NCBI GenBank assembly: GCA_038087875.1
Contig: CM075989.1
Span: 9,488,001-9,548,000, forward strand
Reading direction: 5' to 3'
DNA: 60,000 bases
DNA from: Malacoraja senta
Taxonomy: Eukaryota
The notes beneath the pieces were generated by a model, which ran no database searches, was not told the DNA's origin, and saw only the letters and a list, made by a program, of their open reading frames with translations. This document shows positions 36,627-49,000 of the stretch, piece by piece. How positions within the stretch are numbered: the first letter of the stretch is position 1; every line of letters begins with the position of its first letter. Made by a program: the position numbers and the translations under genes.

Positions 36627-38322
36627 CTCGTGGTCTTCCTCTTCTATACTTTGTTCGTCGTGCCTCGATTCTTCAGATCCTTGCTCGGTGTAAGGTGTAG
36701 CCAGGGCCTCTGGGTGGGACATTTCGTGAGCGGGTTCTGAGTTGCTGGGGTTTCTTGGAGTGGGATAGTTGGCGAGGCTTCGTCCTCGGACATCGGTTCG
36801 ATTCCACGTCCACCTCCGGCTCCTCTCCGTCGCTCTCCATGTCGGGAGAAGCCGACCTGTAGCTCGAGGTCTCGCTCATAAAATCCGGTGACATATAGCC
36901 GTGCCTGGCGCCGTTGTACACTTCCCTGTTGCCGTAGAGTTTGGCGATGCTCTCCGCGTCCTTCACCACCGGCCGGAAGGCTGAGATGTAGTTGAGTTTG
37001 CGTGGTGTCAGTGACACTGCTTCTATGGACCTGGCCTCGTCTCCCGACCTCTCCTCCTCGTTCCTGGAGTGGGTACTCGAACACCGCTCGCTGTCCGCCA
37101 GGCTGTCCTTGGGGGTGTTGCTGCTCCGGTCACTTTGCTCCGACGCGTCCATCTCATTCTGCCGACCGTTCGGGTTGTCGGCAACTTTGGCCTGAGCTTG
37201 TGGATAGGGCGGCACCGGGAGAGTGCCGGCCGCCGGCCAAAACATGGGGAAGGAAGGGTAGACGGCGTCCTTGTTGCCCGACCAGAACATGCCGGGGAGG
37301 CCGGCCTGCGTCTTGTCTCCAACCACGTTGGCTTCGTCTTTCTTCTGACACAGCCCAAAGGCCGGGAATCCGTAGGGATGCGGGAACATGGGAGGAGGGA
37401 TCTTCTGCAATATCCCGAACCCCTTGCTGGGCACCGGGATGACGGGGTAACTCCTAACGTTGTTCCCGAGGCTGAGACCTCGCCCTTCGTCCTCGCATCT
37501 CATGGCTTTGTGAGGGATTTCCGAGCTTCTGGGCGGCATGGCGCTGGGTCCATGCGCTTTCAGAGCTCCGGATCCGTGGTTGGGGAGGGTCCGTTTGCGA
37601 CTGCCTCCATTAAACATGGCCTTGACATCCTCCCATGCATGTGCCAAGTAATCACTCGGTATTTTGTCGGATAGTTTGAGGTGTCTCCGCCAGGAGTTGA
37701 AGTTAGCGGCGTCTGGCTGGGTATATTTAGCATCCGGGACTCTGTGAGAATGGAAGATGAATTTATTTGGAGAAAAGTACATATTGCAATAACTGCATTT
37801 AATGCACTTGGCCCGAGAGCTGTTATACCTCGCTGGGATGAAGTTACCGCGAGAACCCCAGGCGCACGCGTGGGATACATCGAATGCAAAGTTCTCGGGT
37901 AGTTTGGGAGGTGAGTGCTCGCCTAGAAAAGACTTGCAGAGCCTTTCCGCCTCCCGTTTGGTGATCATGCCACATCTTCTAGAGGAGATAGGCATGGCTC
38001 CGGCTCGGCGCAAGATCTCCAGCTGGACGGGTGTGCACTGGACACAAGTGATCCCCAGAGCCACCCTCCTGTTGTGGATCTCGTTGTAGCTGTAGTTCTT
38101 CAGCAGCGTGTTGGAGATCTGGGCCAGACACAGTCTCTCCTGACCGTCAATCACCAAAGACACAATGGGCAGCCCGTACAGGACAGCCTCGCCCACAGTG
38201 TTGGTCTTCAGGTTGCTTGAGCCCGGGTGGTCAGGCTGGGTGTAAGGCTGAAGTTCCTGCTTTGAGGTTGGAGAAGAGACGGTGTCGTTCACTGCTGACA
38301 GCTGGCTAGAAATCTTCTCCAT
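36627..38322 (-). CDS. SKOR1: SKOR1 first (large) coding exon: Ski/Sno (DHD) domain and SMAD-binding SAND-like domain; apparent frameshift near 36780-36790
   Basis: Translation MEKISSQL..SKQELQPY..LYGLPIVSLVIDGQERLCLAQISNTLLKNYSYNEIHNRRVALGITCVQCTPVQLEILRRAGAMPISSRRCGMITKREAERLCKSFLGEHSPPKLPENFAFDV..FNSWRRHLKL..PEVDVESNR. SKQELQPY, NYSYNE and GEHxPPKLPENF match SKOR1 rather than SKOR2. Acceptor ctccgcag| opens the exon at 38332, ATG at 38322, donor GAG|GTAGCT at 36627. Length from ATG is 1696 nt (3n+1). Confidence 0.95.
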
Positions 38323-39009
38323 TCCGGAGTATCTGCGGAGAGGAGGCAAATGAAATGCGCCTAAATTCTATACAAATATATATTTTTTCTTCAAAAAAGA
38401 ATTATTTCCCGAAAATTAACCATGCTACGAAAATGCACAAAATTTCCCGACGCGGAGCCTGTATCGAGTGTTAACAGTGCAGACAATTTGTGACCAATAA
38501 TTAAAATAATTCATCATGCAGCGAGATAATTGAGAGAAATATTTCCCATCTAAATAAACGGGCTTCTCGTTTATAAATATCTAGCACGCTGTCTCTGCTT
38601 AAATGGCCATTATGTAAAGATCCACCACAAGCGGATATATATAAATATATATTTAGAAAAATGCAATTTATTTCAAATAACTGCAATCATCCCTAAATTT
38701 ACAACGTTTTAAAAAATGGTGATTGCTCGTTTCTTTTTACTGGGACTCAAATCCTCCTAGGATCAAAATGACCCGTAAATGGAAAATATGATCCAATGTT
38801 AATCATTTATTTTATATATTAAAATATATATATAAGTAGCATCTCCACCGCTAAGACAGCGATATAACGTTTATATATCCCAGTAATTGCAAACATGATT
38901 GGTGCCAGACCCTGTACATACAAAACTAATATGCTTGCACAAAAAGGACCGCAATTATATTTTTGTTTTAATCCGAGTTGCTTTTATTTATTGTTGGTTC
39001 CATTCCTAC

Positions 39010-39303
39010 CTGCACGGGGGTAACTTCGGATTGAAGAAGAGCCGTGTTTTGGAGGACAGGGTTATTCTGTGATGCAGAGAAGAGAAACTGTATTTGCAGC
39101 TGAACTGACTATTTCAATATTTTAAAGCAAGATGTTGTTGTTGTTTTTTTAAAGATCACTTTAAATAAACTTAGTTCGCTTCCGATGCGGTGCAGTCCGT
39201 GAGAGCCATCATCTTGCCAAAAGGTATTTAATCCAGAAACGGCAAGCGAGAGGATGAACGACGCGGTTTAAGTACCCCAGCGATTTTACAATAACGATTG
39301 ATA
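39010..39303 (-). other. SKOR1: Candidate SKOR1 5' UTR exon (its 5' end runs into the gap)
   Basis: Strong donor CAG|GTAGGA at 39010/39009 upstream of the 38332 acceptor. Contains a short uORF at 39212-39171. Confidence 0.5.
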
Positions 39304-39503
39304 NNNNNNNNNNNNNNNNNNNNNNNNNNNNNNNNNNNNNNNNNNNNNNNNNNNNNNNNNNNNNNNNNNNNNNNNNNNNNNNNNNNNNNNNNNNNNNNNN
39401 NNNNNNNNNNNNNNNNNNNNNNNNNNNNNNNNNNNNNNNNNNNNNNNNNNNNNNNNNNNNNNNNNNNNNNNNNNNNNNNNNNNNNNNNNNNNNNNNNNNN
39501 NNN
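39304..39503. other. Assembly gap (200 N)
   Basis: Run of N. Confidence 1.
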
Positions 39504-39700
39504 ACAAAGCCTTTCATTTGACTGGCGCCGTCCACTATCGCAGGGCGTCCCAACGCCATTTACAGCCAATGGTGTGCTTTCCAAATGTAATCACTCATTA
39601 GGTTAAGGGAACTAAATCTAACACGGATTTAAATTGGAGCGGGCGCGGGGGAGATATTGCAAGATCTTGCCAGGACTGGGAATGGTCACAATTAGGAAAA
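39504..39700 (-). promoter_or_regulatory. Candidate SKOR1 proximal promoter
   Basis: CpG-rich, with GCCAAT at ~39565, ATTGG at ~39633 and a GC box (gggcgcgggg) at ~39641, just upstream of the gap and the candidate exon 1. Confidence 0.4.
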
Positions 39701-42700
39701 ATCCATAGCAATTGTTTTCTTTGGAATAGGGGGAGCTTGCGGAGAGCTTTAATTGAGATATATAAACTTGTGAGGCGCCGAGATAGAGCAAATAGGATGG
39801 ACTCGTTTCTTTTAGCAGAGATTTAATGAAAAAGGCAGCATAAATGTAAAGTAATTGCAGGAAGGATTCGAGAGACGAGAAAAATAGATTCACCCAGAGG
39901 GTGGCGGATGTTAGGATCAGATCTCCGGCCTGCGAGGGTGCCGAGAGAGAAACCCTCACACATTCTGAACATAATTGAATGTTCAGTTGACGGCGAATAT
40001 ATTTTTAAGTAGCGTAAAATGCCGAATGCGTCTTCAATTTCCTTGACCTCCCGTGATTTCTAAATTCGGTCCCGATGACATCAAGCCTGGTTTTTGTTTA
40101 AAAAAACCCATAAACTGTTCCTTTCAAACTATTTAAAAAAAATTAACAAACTCCAAATTTGAAGCGCAATGTGTATAAGTTTCCCAAACTACTATTGGAT
40201 GAGAAGCTACAATGGGGAAGTGTCAGGATGGTGACACCAACATCAGCAGAGAATACATAATTTCCATCCACCTTGAGGCACCCGTAGCGTTTGTGAGCTT
40301 TCTATCCGCCTTCGTGTGTTTGATGTATTTCTGCAGGGCGCTGCCGGGAGAGGTGAATGAGGAATCTTGTAGATAAAGGAAGAATGAAGTTGAGGTGACT
40401 CGAGGACTAGAAACACCAGGGTGGGTCAGGATGAGTCGAGTGCTCTGTAACTTACAAGTGCGAGTACTGTTAACTTCAAGGGGATTGGGAACGGAATTGT
40501 GACTGAAATCTTAATGGAGTTACTCCTCGCTGCGCTTGTGGAAGGGGTTCCCCATCCCGTTTAGTAAATGCCTAGTACGCAGTATTTGGCATCAAGATTT
40601 ATGCCGCAGCTTCCACGTGCCTCACAGTTAGTTATAAGGATTGACCCCAGGGTAATTATTAAGTATATATTATTAAGACCTATTATTACAAAACGGGGCG
40701 CTGATAATTTAACTGCGCGAATTGCAAAGTGATCTATTCACCTATTCCCGCATGATGGCGTTTCAGATCTCGGCGAAGGCCTAATGTCCAAAGAATCCAG
40801 CACAATATCCCCTCAGCCACTCTCCGTGCGAATAATTCGCCTGTAATTCTCCAGACACGAAACATAAGGAGCATTATCCTAAACATGCGTTGTCATATAA
40901 ATACATCTGCCTTCCAGTGAGAGTCTGTCCCAATAATAATTCATCTGAAAGGAGTGCGGTCTTTTGCCTCTACAGTTAGGCAACATAGAGTGAGTTGCAT
41001 TTTAATGACTGTCTCAGCAACTTATACCGTTGGCAAATAATTTGTGACATTAATTTAGAGGGATCGTGAAAAGTAAAGTGTCTGGGCCAGATTTGGACAG
41101 AAACAAATGACCCCTTTTTTTAACCTTTGAAGCATGTTTGTGGAGAGCGGGAGTCTCCACGTGGGCATTGGGTGGACGTCGGGAGGGGGGGGGGCGTATC
41201 CTTCTTGTAGGGAGGGTGTGTGAGAAACGAGGAGTGGGGGTGGGGGCGGGGGGGGGGGGCGAGAGGCGGTGTAATTACATCCCACTTTCCCCCCAACATT
41301 ATTTATAGTTCAAAGCGTTTTGTGGTCAATTAAAGACGCTTTTGAATTGTAATTAAAGCCAGAAGCGTGGCAACCAAATTGCGCACAGGAAGACCTCAGA
41401 AACATCAGAACGATGGTGATTAAGGAAGCTGTTTAAAAAAAATGATGTCGGTAAAATAGATGAATATTGAACTCAAAAGGAGCAATTGGATGATGCAACG
41501 CTCCCTCTGCAAGGCATTCCCATGTCCCTCCAAGCCCATTTCTTGGAGCCTGTCTGAATCACACCGGGCACCTGTCCCGGATTGATGGCATGTGTAAGAA
41601 AAGTCAGCCTCTGGCGAGGACCATTCCGAGTCTAATAGTTCTGTTTACTGCGCATTTAGTTATCCGTAATTATAAGAACCTCAAATCCTTTAATGCTTTT
41701 GGAGCGTAGTCTCACAGATAACTGTGTCTATAAATCGAGTCAATTTGTCGAGCGCCAATGTGAATGACTTCATCAAGATAATAACTATGTTTTAATAACG
41801 CATGCAATATTTGTTTCCATTCTAGAATGAAGCTGCAAACCTATTAAATGTACGTTACATTTAGGTAATTTTAGGAACAGTATCAAGACCCGGATTTTCT
41901 CCAATTAGACCCGACTCACTACCCTTTGGAGTTTGTGATATGTGCGTTTATCCATGTCTGACTGACTTTTTTTTTGCTCTGCGTGTGATGGTGATTTTTA
42001 AAATAAGATTGGAGTACTAATATTCCAAAGATCATTCTCAGGGAGAAGTTCCTGGTTGTTCTCAGAGAATGACATGAAGTCAGGTTGTAATTTTGTTCTG
42101 AAAGTTGTGTAAAGTGCGTCACTTTCTTCACGAAACGCGTTTTAAACCCCCTTCTATTGGACTAGGAACTCTCTTCTCCCTGACCCGCAAACTACTCAGC
42201 ATGGAAGAGCAATTAGGGAATTCAGCGCCGTCTTTACCTGCAGTAAGGGACCGTTCAATCTACAGTCAGGCCGTTTGTAACTAAAGTGACATTGGAAGTT
42301 TGTCTTGAAACAACCCATCGTGCTAATATTGTTCAGACTCTCTTCAACACCTCGTGAACACGTTAGATTCGGATTGATCAGAATGAAGCGATTCTCAGCG
42401 AGGCGTCTTTGCATGTTGTCGCGGTCGTATTGCATTTGTGGATATTCCACTCTCGGTCTCCCCATGAAGACGTGGCTTGCCAGCAACGAATCCTCTGGGA
42501 ACTCACAATCGCTCCTCTAACTCCCCAGATCATAATTTCACCGACCACTTTTTCAACCAAAATGATAGGTACACACGAATTGCAAAGTTATTTCCATCAA
42601 ACCTCGGACGTGAGAGGACCGCTCTAATCTGTTTGAATGGCCGGTCGGGGATCTTAGAGTTAAAGGGGATTAGAAAGGTTATTTTAAAAATGAGTATTTA

Positions 42701-43974
42701 AATATGTTCATGAACATCACCAAGGCAAACACTTAGAAAGCACCCCCTGATGCAGATATCGGGCGATGCTGGAACTTTCTGCTATTCATTTTAATTCCCC
42801 AGCATCACATTGGAGGTGATTGTGAAAATTATCCACGTATGTTCTCATTGTTATTAAAATGATGCACGCCAATTGTCACTTGTGAACTTAACTCGTAAAA
42901 TGGTAGAAGGAGCTGTCTAGTTCGCAGCGAAGATTTTATTAAAGTACATAATCCCTCGTGGTTTCATTTTATAATTTAACGTTGAAAAAAATACCAATAT
43001 AGTCGTTTTAGCTCGGGTTAAGGTATCAGTGGCTTGTGATATGGTGTGGAACAGGTGCATGTCCGAGGTTTGTTGTCTATGGATTTGGGAAGGTAGTTTT
43101 AGTTGGAGGTAATTTCAGATTGTACACTCAGTCCGATCAGTTGGCGAGTTGTAAAACTGTACTCGTGAGCTTTCTGTCTCACCTGCACACACGTGCGCTC
43201 ACACTCGCCGGCCGTGTGGTCGGACTCAAGTGTGCCAATAAACCTGGCCGCATCTGACACATCCACTTCCACTTTACACACTTGCACTCCCGCACCAGCA
43301 TTCACTGGAATGTATCTCTCCACAATATTTTCCATGCCATTTATGCACGTCTAACTTTCTGAACGCCCACTCTCTGCTCCGCCCGCGCACACTCAACCCA
43401 TTCCCACAAGCTGGAAAGTCACAAGCGGACACTAGCTCACGCTTCCTTGCACTCTCGGCGCCTCCGTCCAACTTTTCATTCACATGTTCCAGAAGTGAAT
43501 TAACAGTTGGACAATAAACTCATCAACACCCGAGCCCTGATATTACCATCAAAAAACATTTCTACTAACTTTTTATTTGAACATCATGAATGAGTTGTTA
43601 ATTGTGCAAGATTAGAAGAATTATAGGCATGGATTTACGGTGGGCAGGGGGGACGGAAACGCGCTCTCCATAACATATCTTTAAAATCAAGGACTTCCAA
43701 GTAATAAAAACAATATTTGGCAATCAATCACCCTAAGATATTAGCCCGGAAAATAAACGTGGCTGCGTTTAAGTATATGCATAAATATGTAGAGGTTGTA
43801 TTTAGAGGGTCGATATTTACGGTCAATATATATTATATATGGAGAGAGGGCAGTGATTATGTTGAAGAATTGTAGTGTGTTTAGGTCGATGTGTATACTT
43901 TATTTTCAGAGCAGTTTTTGTGTAGAGACTTAATGCGTACAGCGAGCGGGTTATGTATGTGGGTCTGACTTGGT

Positions 43975-44348
<374 letters not shown>

Positions 44349-44888
44349 CGCGGGGTCACAGGTTAAATAACACCACATCCCTGAAGGAGTCTGTGGTCTT
44401 TTGTTCCACTGTCCACCCCGCCAGCGGGCGCTGGGGCCTCTCCCTTTAAGGGTTGCTTGTTGGCCGGGGTAAGGAGAGGGCCGTGTGTGCGTGGGGCTGT
44501 AGACACTCAGCACTCTCTCCCCACCTCGCTTCTCCCTCCCCACTACCTGCCCGCCAGCCATAGGCGGCACGTTTACTTTTGAAGCAGACTGGCGAATTAT
44601 ATTTCGGTTAAAACTTACAAAGCCGTGTCATATAAAAAAACAACTCTCCTTTCCTGGAGGGCTCTTGGCGAAGATTGCAACATAAATCACGGCGCTCTAA
44701 TTCAGTGGAAGTTTAATAAACGCTGCTATTCAAAATGAATGTTCTCCATTTAACCGTTGTATCAGGCAGCAAATAAAACCATGACCCCAATAAATTTAAT
44801 TTTAGAGGCAAATCAATTCACTGTTGTATCGATTGCGCGGTCCCATACATTAGATCACCCCTCTCTCTCCCTCCCTCTCTCTCGACGC

Positions 44889-44919
<31 letters not shown>

Positions 44920-46035
44920 CAGTCTTATTAAGGGGAAAGATTACTCGAAGAGAACGGGAGTCTACTGAAAATTAAACGTTGACATTTTAATTACTGTCTA
45001 TTGATAAAAGAATCCCTTTAATGGCTGTTTACATGCCTGGTACAGTTTGGATGACCCCATCCGCTAATGAAGTTGGATAGGTTTCCAAAGGTCAGCCACT
45101 GGCAAATAGGCTGGATAGATTGTGAAAAGGCAACTAAATGAGGTGTAGGAGAGGTGGGGGTGGGAATAGAGGGGGGTGGGGGGGCGAGAGGGTGGGGGAT
45201 GTGGTGAAAACAGGTGCGATTCTCACCCCGGTCAATACTCGCGAGGACTTCCATGTGAGTGGGCCGGAGTGTATTAAATGGAATTTGATAAGAAGGAGTT
45301 ACATTTTGCATGGCAACTTTGCGATTACATTTTCTTCACAGACTTAAGAGAAGGTTGTGACAAAATTGCATTCGTTAGCAAGGACGGAGGTGCACACATA
45401 ACTATCTGAAGGCACTCAGCCATATTCAACTCGAAATACATAGAGACGTTAGTTAGACTGGATTCATGGCGGGTCCATAGTCAGCTGGTGTCGCGGGCTC
45501 TTCACTCGCCGCTCCTGTGACTAGATGCCTGGGTCTGATGGATAGCAGGGACGTGAAGCAAGAAGGGTCAAGGTTCCCCGCCGTCCTTGTTATACAGACA
45601 CGACAACCTTACCCAGAGAGACTTCCCAAACCATTGGTCATCACTGTTTGAAGAGAGTTGCCCTTAATAGACTTATTAATAATGTTCCATAAAGCTATTA
45701 TCTCCTTAGGGTGCGTTCCCCGGAATTTACTGCATGATCATGGGTCGAAGTTTCCATTACTTCTTGCGAAATGAGTTCATTCATGTTATTCCGTCTTTAA
45801 ATCTACCTACTATGATTTTCTTTTTTAATCAATTACGCCGCTGTTTAGGGCAACTGGGTTGGCAAAATGAAATTTAACTAATCGATAGACACAAGTTTTA
45901 TCGACCGCGTTAGACATCAGCTCTTTTCGGCGCTTTAACAATCTAGTCTGAGCAACACACACCGCTGCCAGCAGCATCAATGGACCTGCCGACTGTCGCC
46001 GAGCAGCGATGGGCGGACAGAGAGCCGGGCTTTAG

Positions 46036-46059
46036 ATAATAATAATAATAATAATAATA
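46036..46059 (+). repeat. (AAT)n microsatellite
   Basis: Direct reading. Confidence 0.9.
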
Positions 46060-49000
46060 CATTATATTTATGGGCGCCTTTCAAAAGTCTCAAGGACACC
46101 TTACAAAGTTTAACAAATAGTAGAAACATGTAAGCGGAATGAAATAAATAGTAAAGACATCACGAGTACACAAATTAAAGAGAGAATTCAATCAAGAATA
46201 TCAAGAGATAATAAATTCAATTCCCTCGAAATCTTTCTCCGCTCGAAATAGATTTCCCACCTTTTTCCCCCATAAACTAAACGCGCCCCTGGGATTTGGT
46301 TCCCGGCTTACAAAGAATAGAGGGGAACATCAGTAATTGCAAAACTTTTCTCAGTCTGGCCTCTATAGCAGTGGCGTTTTTTAGAGTGGGGTTTGTTGAG
46401 TGAGGGCGGCACCTTCCTGTAAGGGTATCTTTTTTTTCTTCCTTCAGGAGCTGTTAAAATAATGAGTTGCATCTTTCACTAGTGTATCATCAGCTCGGTT
46501 CACTTTGGCAAAGATGCCACATGCTCACCCTCCCTCCGCGCTAACATCCAACTGAAGCGTTCCCGGTCAATACTTAATGTTGCTCATTCTCATCTCATCT
46601 CATCCAACCCTCCGTTATTAACAAGTTCCTCTTCTTGTATCTTCAGAACACAAGAGGACAGACAGAGACACGCGCAAGTATTACAGTCAGGATAAACGGG
46701 AAACTCACCCGGACCGGTCACTATCTACTGTTTTGAGATGGGTTGATATAAATTCTGGGCTGGAGTTTGTCGCGCCGTGGACTCCAGGAGGTAGTCGTGT
46801 TGTTTCACGCTCTATCCCGAGCTTCGGTTAGAGATAGGAAGATCCCTTCCCTGTAACTGTGAAATAAATCATGAATTGTACAGCGACTGAGTGGGCGAGT
46901 GAGTGAGAATTGAAATGAATTACAGCATCTCCTGCTAAGGTTGTAAATTGATTTCCATTGATCAGGTTTGTAAACTTAAACCGGGCAGATCTAAAATTAT
47001 TAAGCATTATTTTCTTGCTCGAAATGGGTCTAATTTCCACTAAAAAAAAAGCATTTTACGTGCATTTATTCATAAATGAAATATCAGACTGTACTAAACA
47101 GATGGACAGTTGATATGGTCCTAATGTGTTAAATCTGAGAGGGAAAGTGGCAAAAACATAGTATGGAAATAAAAGCAGCTAAATTCTGGAATGGACAGAC
47201 TGACTTACAAAAACGCTGGCAAGATAAAGTTTGCAATTTAAGAAAGCATGTAAACTTTTAAGGGTAGCATCACCCTGTCAGAGCAGCTGAGTAGATAAGG
47301 AAGGATGAAGTGATCGAATAATGTTTCTGTCCAACTATCTTTTCCAGCTTTGGAGTTTAGAATTTGTCTTCATTTCATCTCTAATCCTTGTACATCAATC
47401 TGCCAATGAAAACCCCACTTAAACCCCCTATCACATGCCAGGCTTTGTCCTGACCCCACTGCTTTCCCAGCTTCAAACCTCCCCTCCGACCCCCTTTACA
47501 ATCAATCTGAAGAAGGGTCCTGACCTGCGACATCCTCTGTCCATTCCCTCCACAGGTGCTGCCTGACCCGCTGAGTTACACCGGCACCTGTGTGTTTTTA
47601 TTGTAAACCAGCACCTCAAGTTCCTTGTATCTCCATTTACAGTTATAATTGATGTATCCTGCAGAGATCATCATGGTTTTGCACAAAGTTCACATGTCTT
47701 CCTTAGGTTTATAGTATTTTACGCTGTGAATGCTCTTTAATGAGACAGACTCTACAATTGAACAGTGTGTAAGTGATGGCGTTGCCATTTGATTCTTTGG
47801 AAGTTTAACAGATGACAAAAAGAAAACACTGGGTATCCAAACGTTTTGTGGGTGAATTGGCCACGATGGCAACATAACACGCAAAACCATGGCGCTTTCT
47901 CCTCTAAATCAGGATGTTGGGGGTTCAAATCCGACAATGGAGATTTGATCACAAATGTCTAGGCAGTGCTGTGCTGTTTTTCAGTTCAAACCGTGTCTGG
48001 AGGAGTGTGGAAAACAATATTCCCCGAAGTTATATTTCAGAGAAGAGCAAGGGAGATGGCCCTGGGCCCTGGTCAATGCATGTTCCTCAGCCTAACGTTC
48101 CGACGATGGACCATCTGGCTTTGGCCATCAGACTCATTGTGAAAGCTTGCTGTGTACAAAGAGGCCGCTGCATTTCAACGATGACTGCACATCACAGAAT
48201 ATTTAATTGGTGCATGCTTTGTGGTGTCCTCAGGTCATTAAAGCTGTGCAGAAAAGCAACGCTTCTTTTGTCTATTAAAGCATGAATGAGTTGGGCCAAA
48301 GGGCCTATTTCCGTGCTGTACAACTGTATTCAGACAAAAAAGTCTTAGGTCCAATGTGCCATATTGTAGGGTGTTAGTAACAATTTTACTATAATCCTAC
48401 CTCCTCTCCCCATTCTCCCGAACAACCCCCTTTACCCTCCTCCCCCGCTCTTTCTCCCCCCCCCCATGCCCTAGTTGGACGCGCCTATTTCTCTCATTCC
48501 TTCCTCTGGCTTCTCATTTTGTATCTCTTCTTCCACCTGTCTCACACCTCTTGCTTTTATCTCTGGCCTTTGTTCCAGCTCTCTACCCATCAAAATAAAA
48601 TCCCTTGCCTGTGTCCACCTGCCACGTTTTGTTGTGCCTCTCCTCACTTACACTTTTCTTCCCTCCCCCTACCGTTAGTCTGAAGAAGGGTCCCGAGCCG
48701 AAAGGAGGGTCAAGGGGTGAAGAAGTGTCCCGGGTCCCGATCCATGTTCCCCAGAGATGCTGCCTGACTCACTGAATTACTCCAGTACTTTTGTGTCCTT
48801 TTGTGTAAACCCAGCATCTGCAGTTCCTTGTTTCTAAACAATGTTAGAGTTGTCCTCAGTGTCCTGGACTTGAAAGCACCAAGCTAAGCAACCACCCCGT
48901 CAGTGTCTTCTGCTGATAGGTAAAAAGGACAACTCGGGTTTGGTTCTGATGTTTATCACAATCAAATAGCCTGTTGATGCTCACTTTCTAGACTGCTGCA

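Noticed and set aside
36992..38089. Plus-strand ORFs (up to 201 aa) opposite the SKOR1 exon
   Set aside because: Antisense shadows of a GC-rich coding exon, with no recognisable domain.
36627..38322. SKOR2 or pseudogene assignment
   Set aside because: Diagnostic residues and the C-terminal exons are SKOR1-type. Intact splice sites and near-invariant domains argue against a decayed pseudogene.
38323..38349. ORF-track N-terminus MPPLRRYSG
   Set aside because: Starts at a TTG inside the polypyrimidine tract and crosses the splice acceptor at 38332. The ATG at 38322 matches the conserved start.
39209..39606. ORFs spanning the N run
   Set aside because: Artefacts of the assembly gap.
44415..44433. 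CTCF-like CCGCCAGCGGGCGC
   Set aside because: Mismatch at a conserved purine and located in GC-rich sequence where chance matches are likely.
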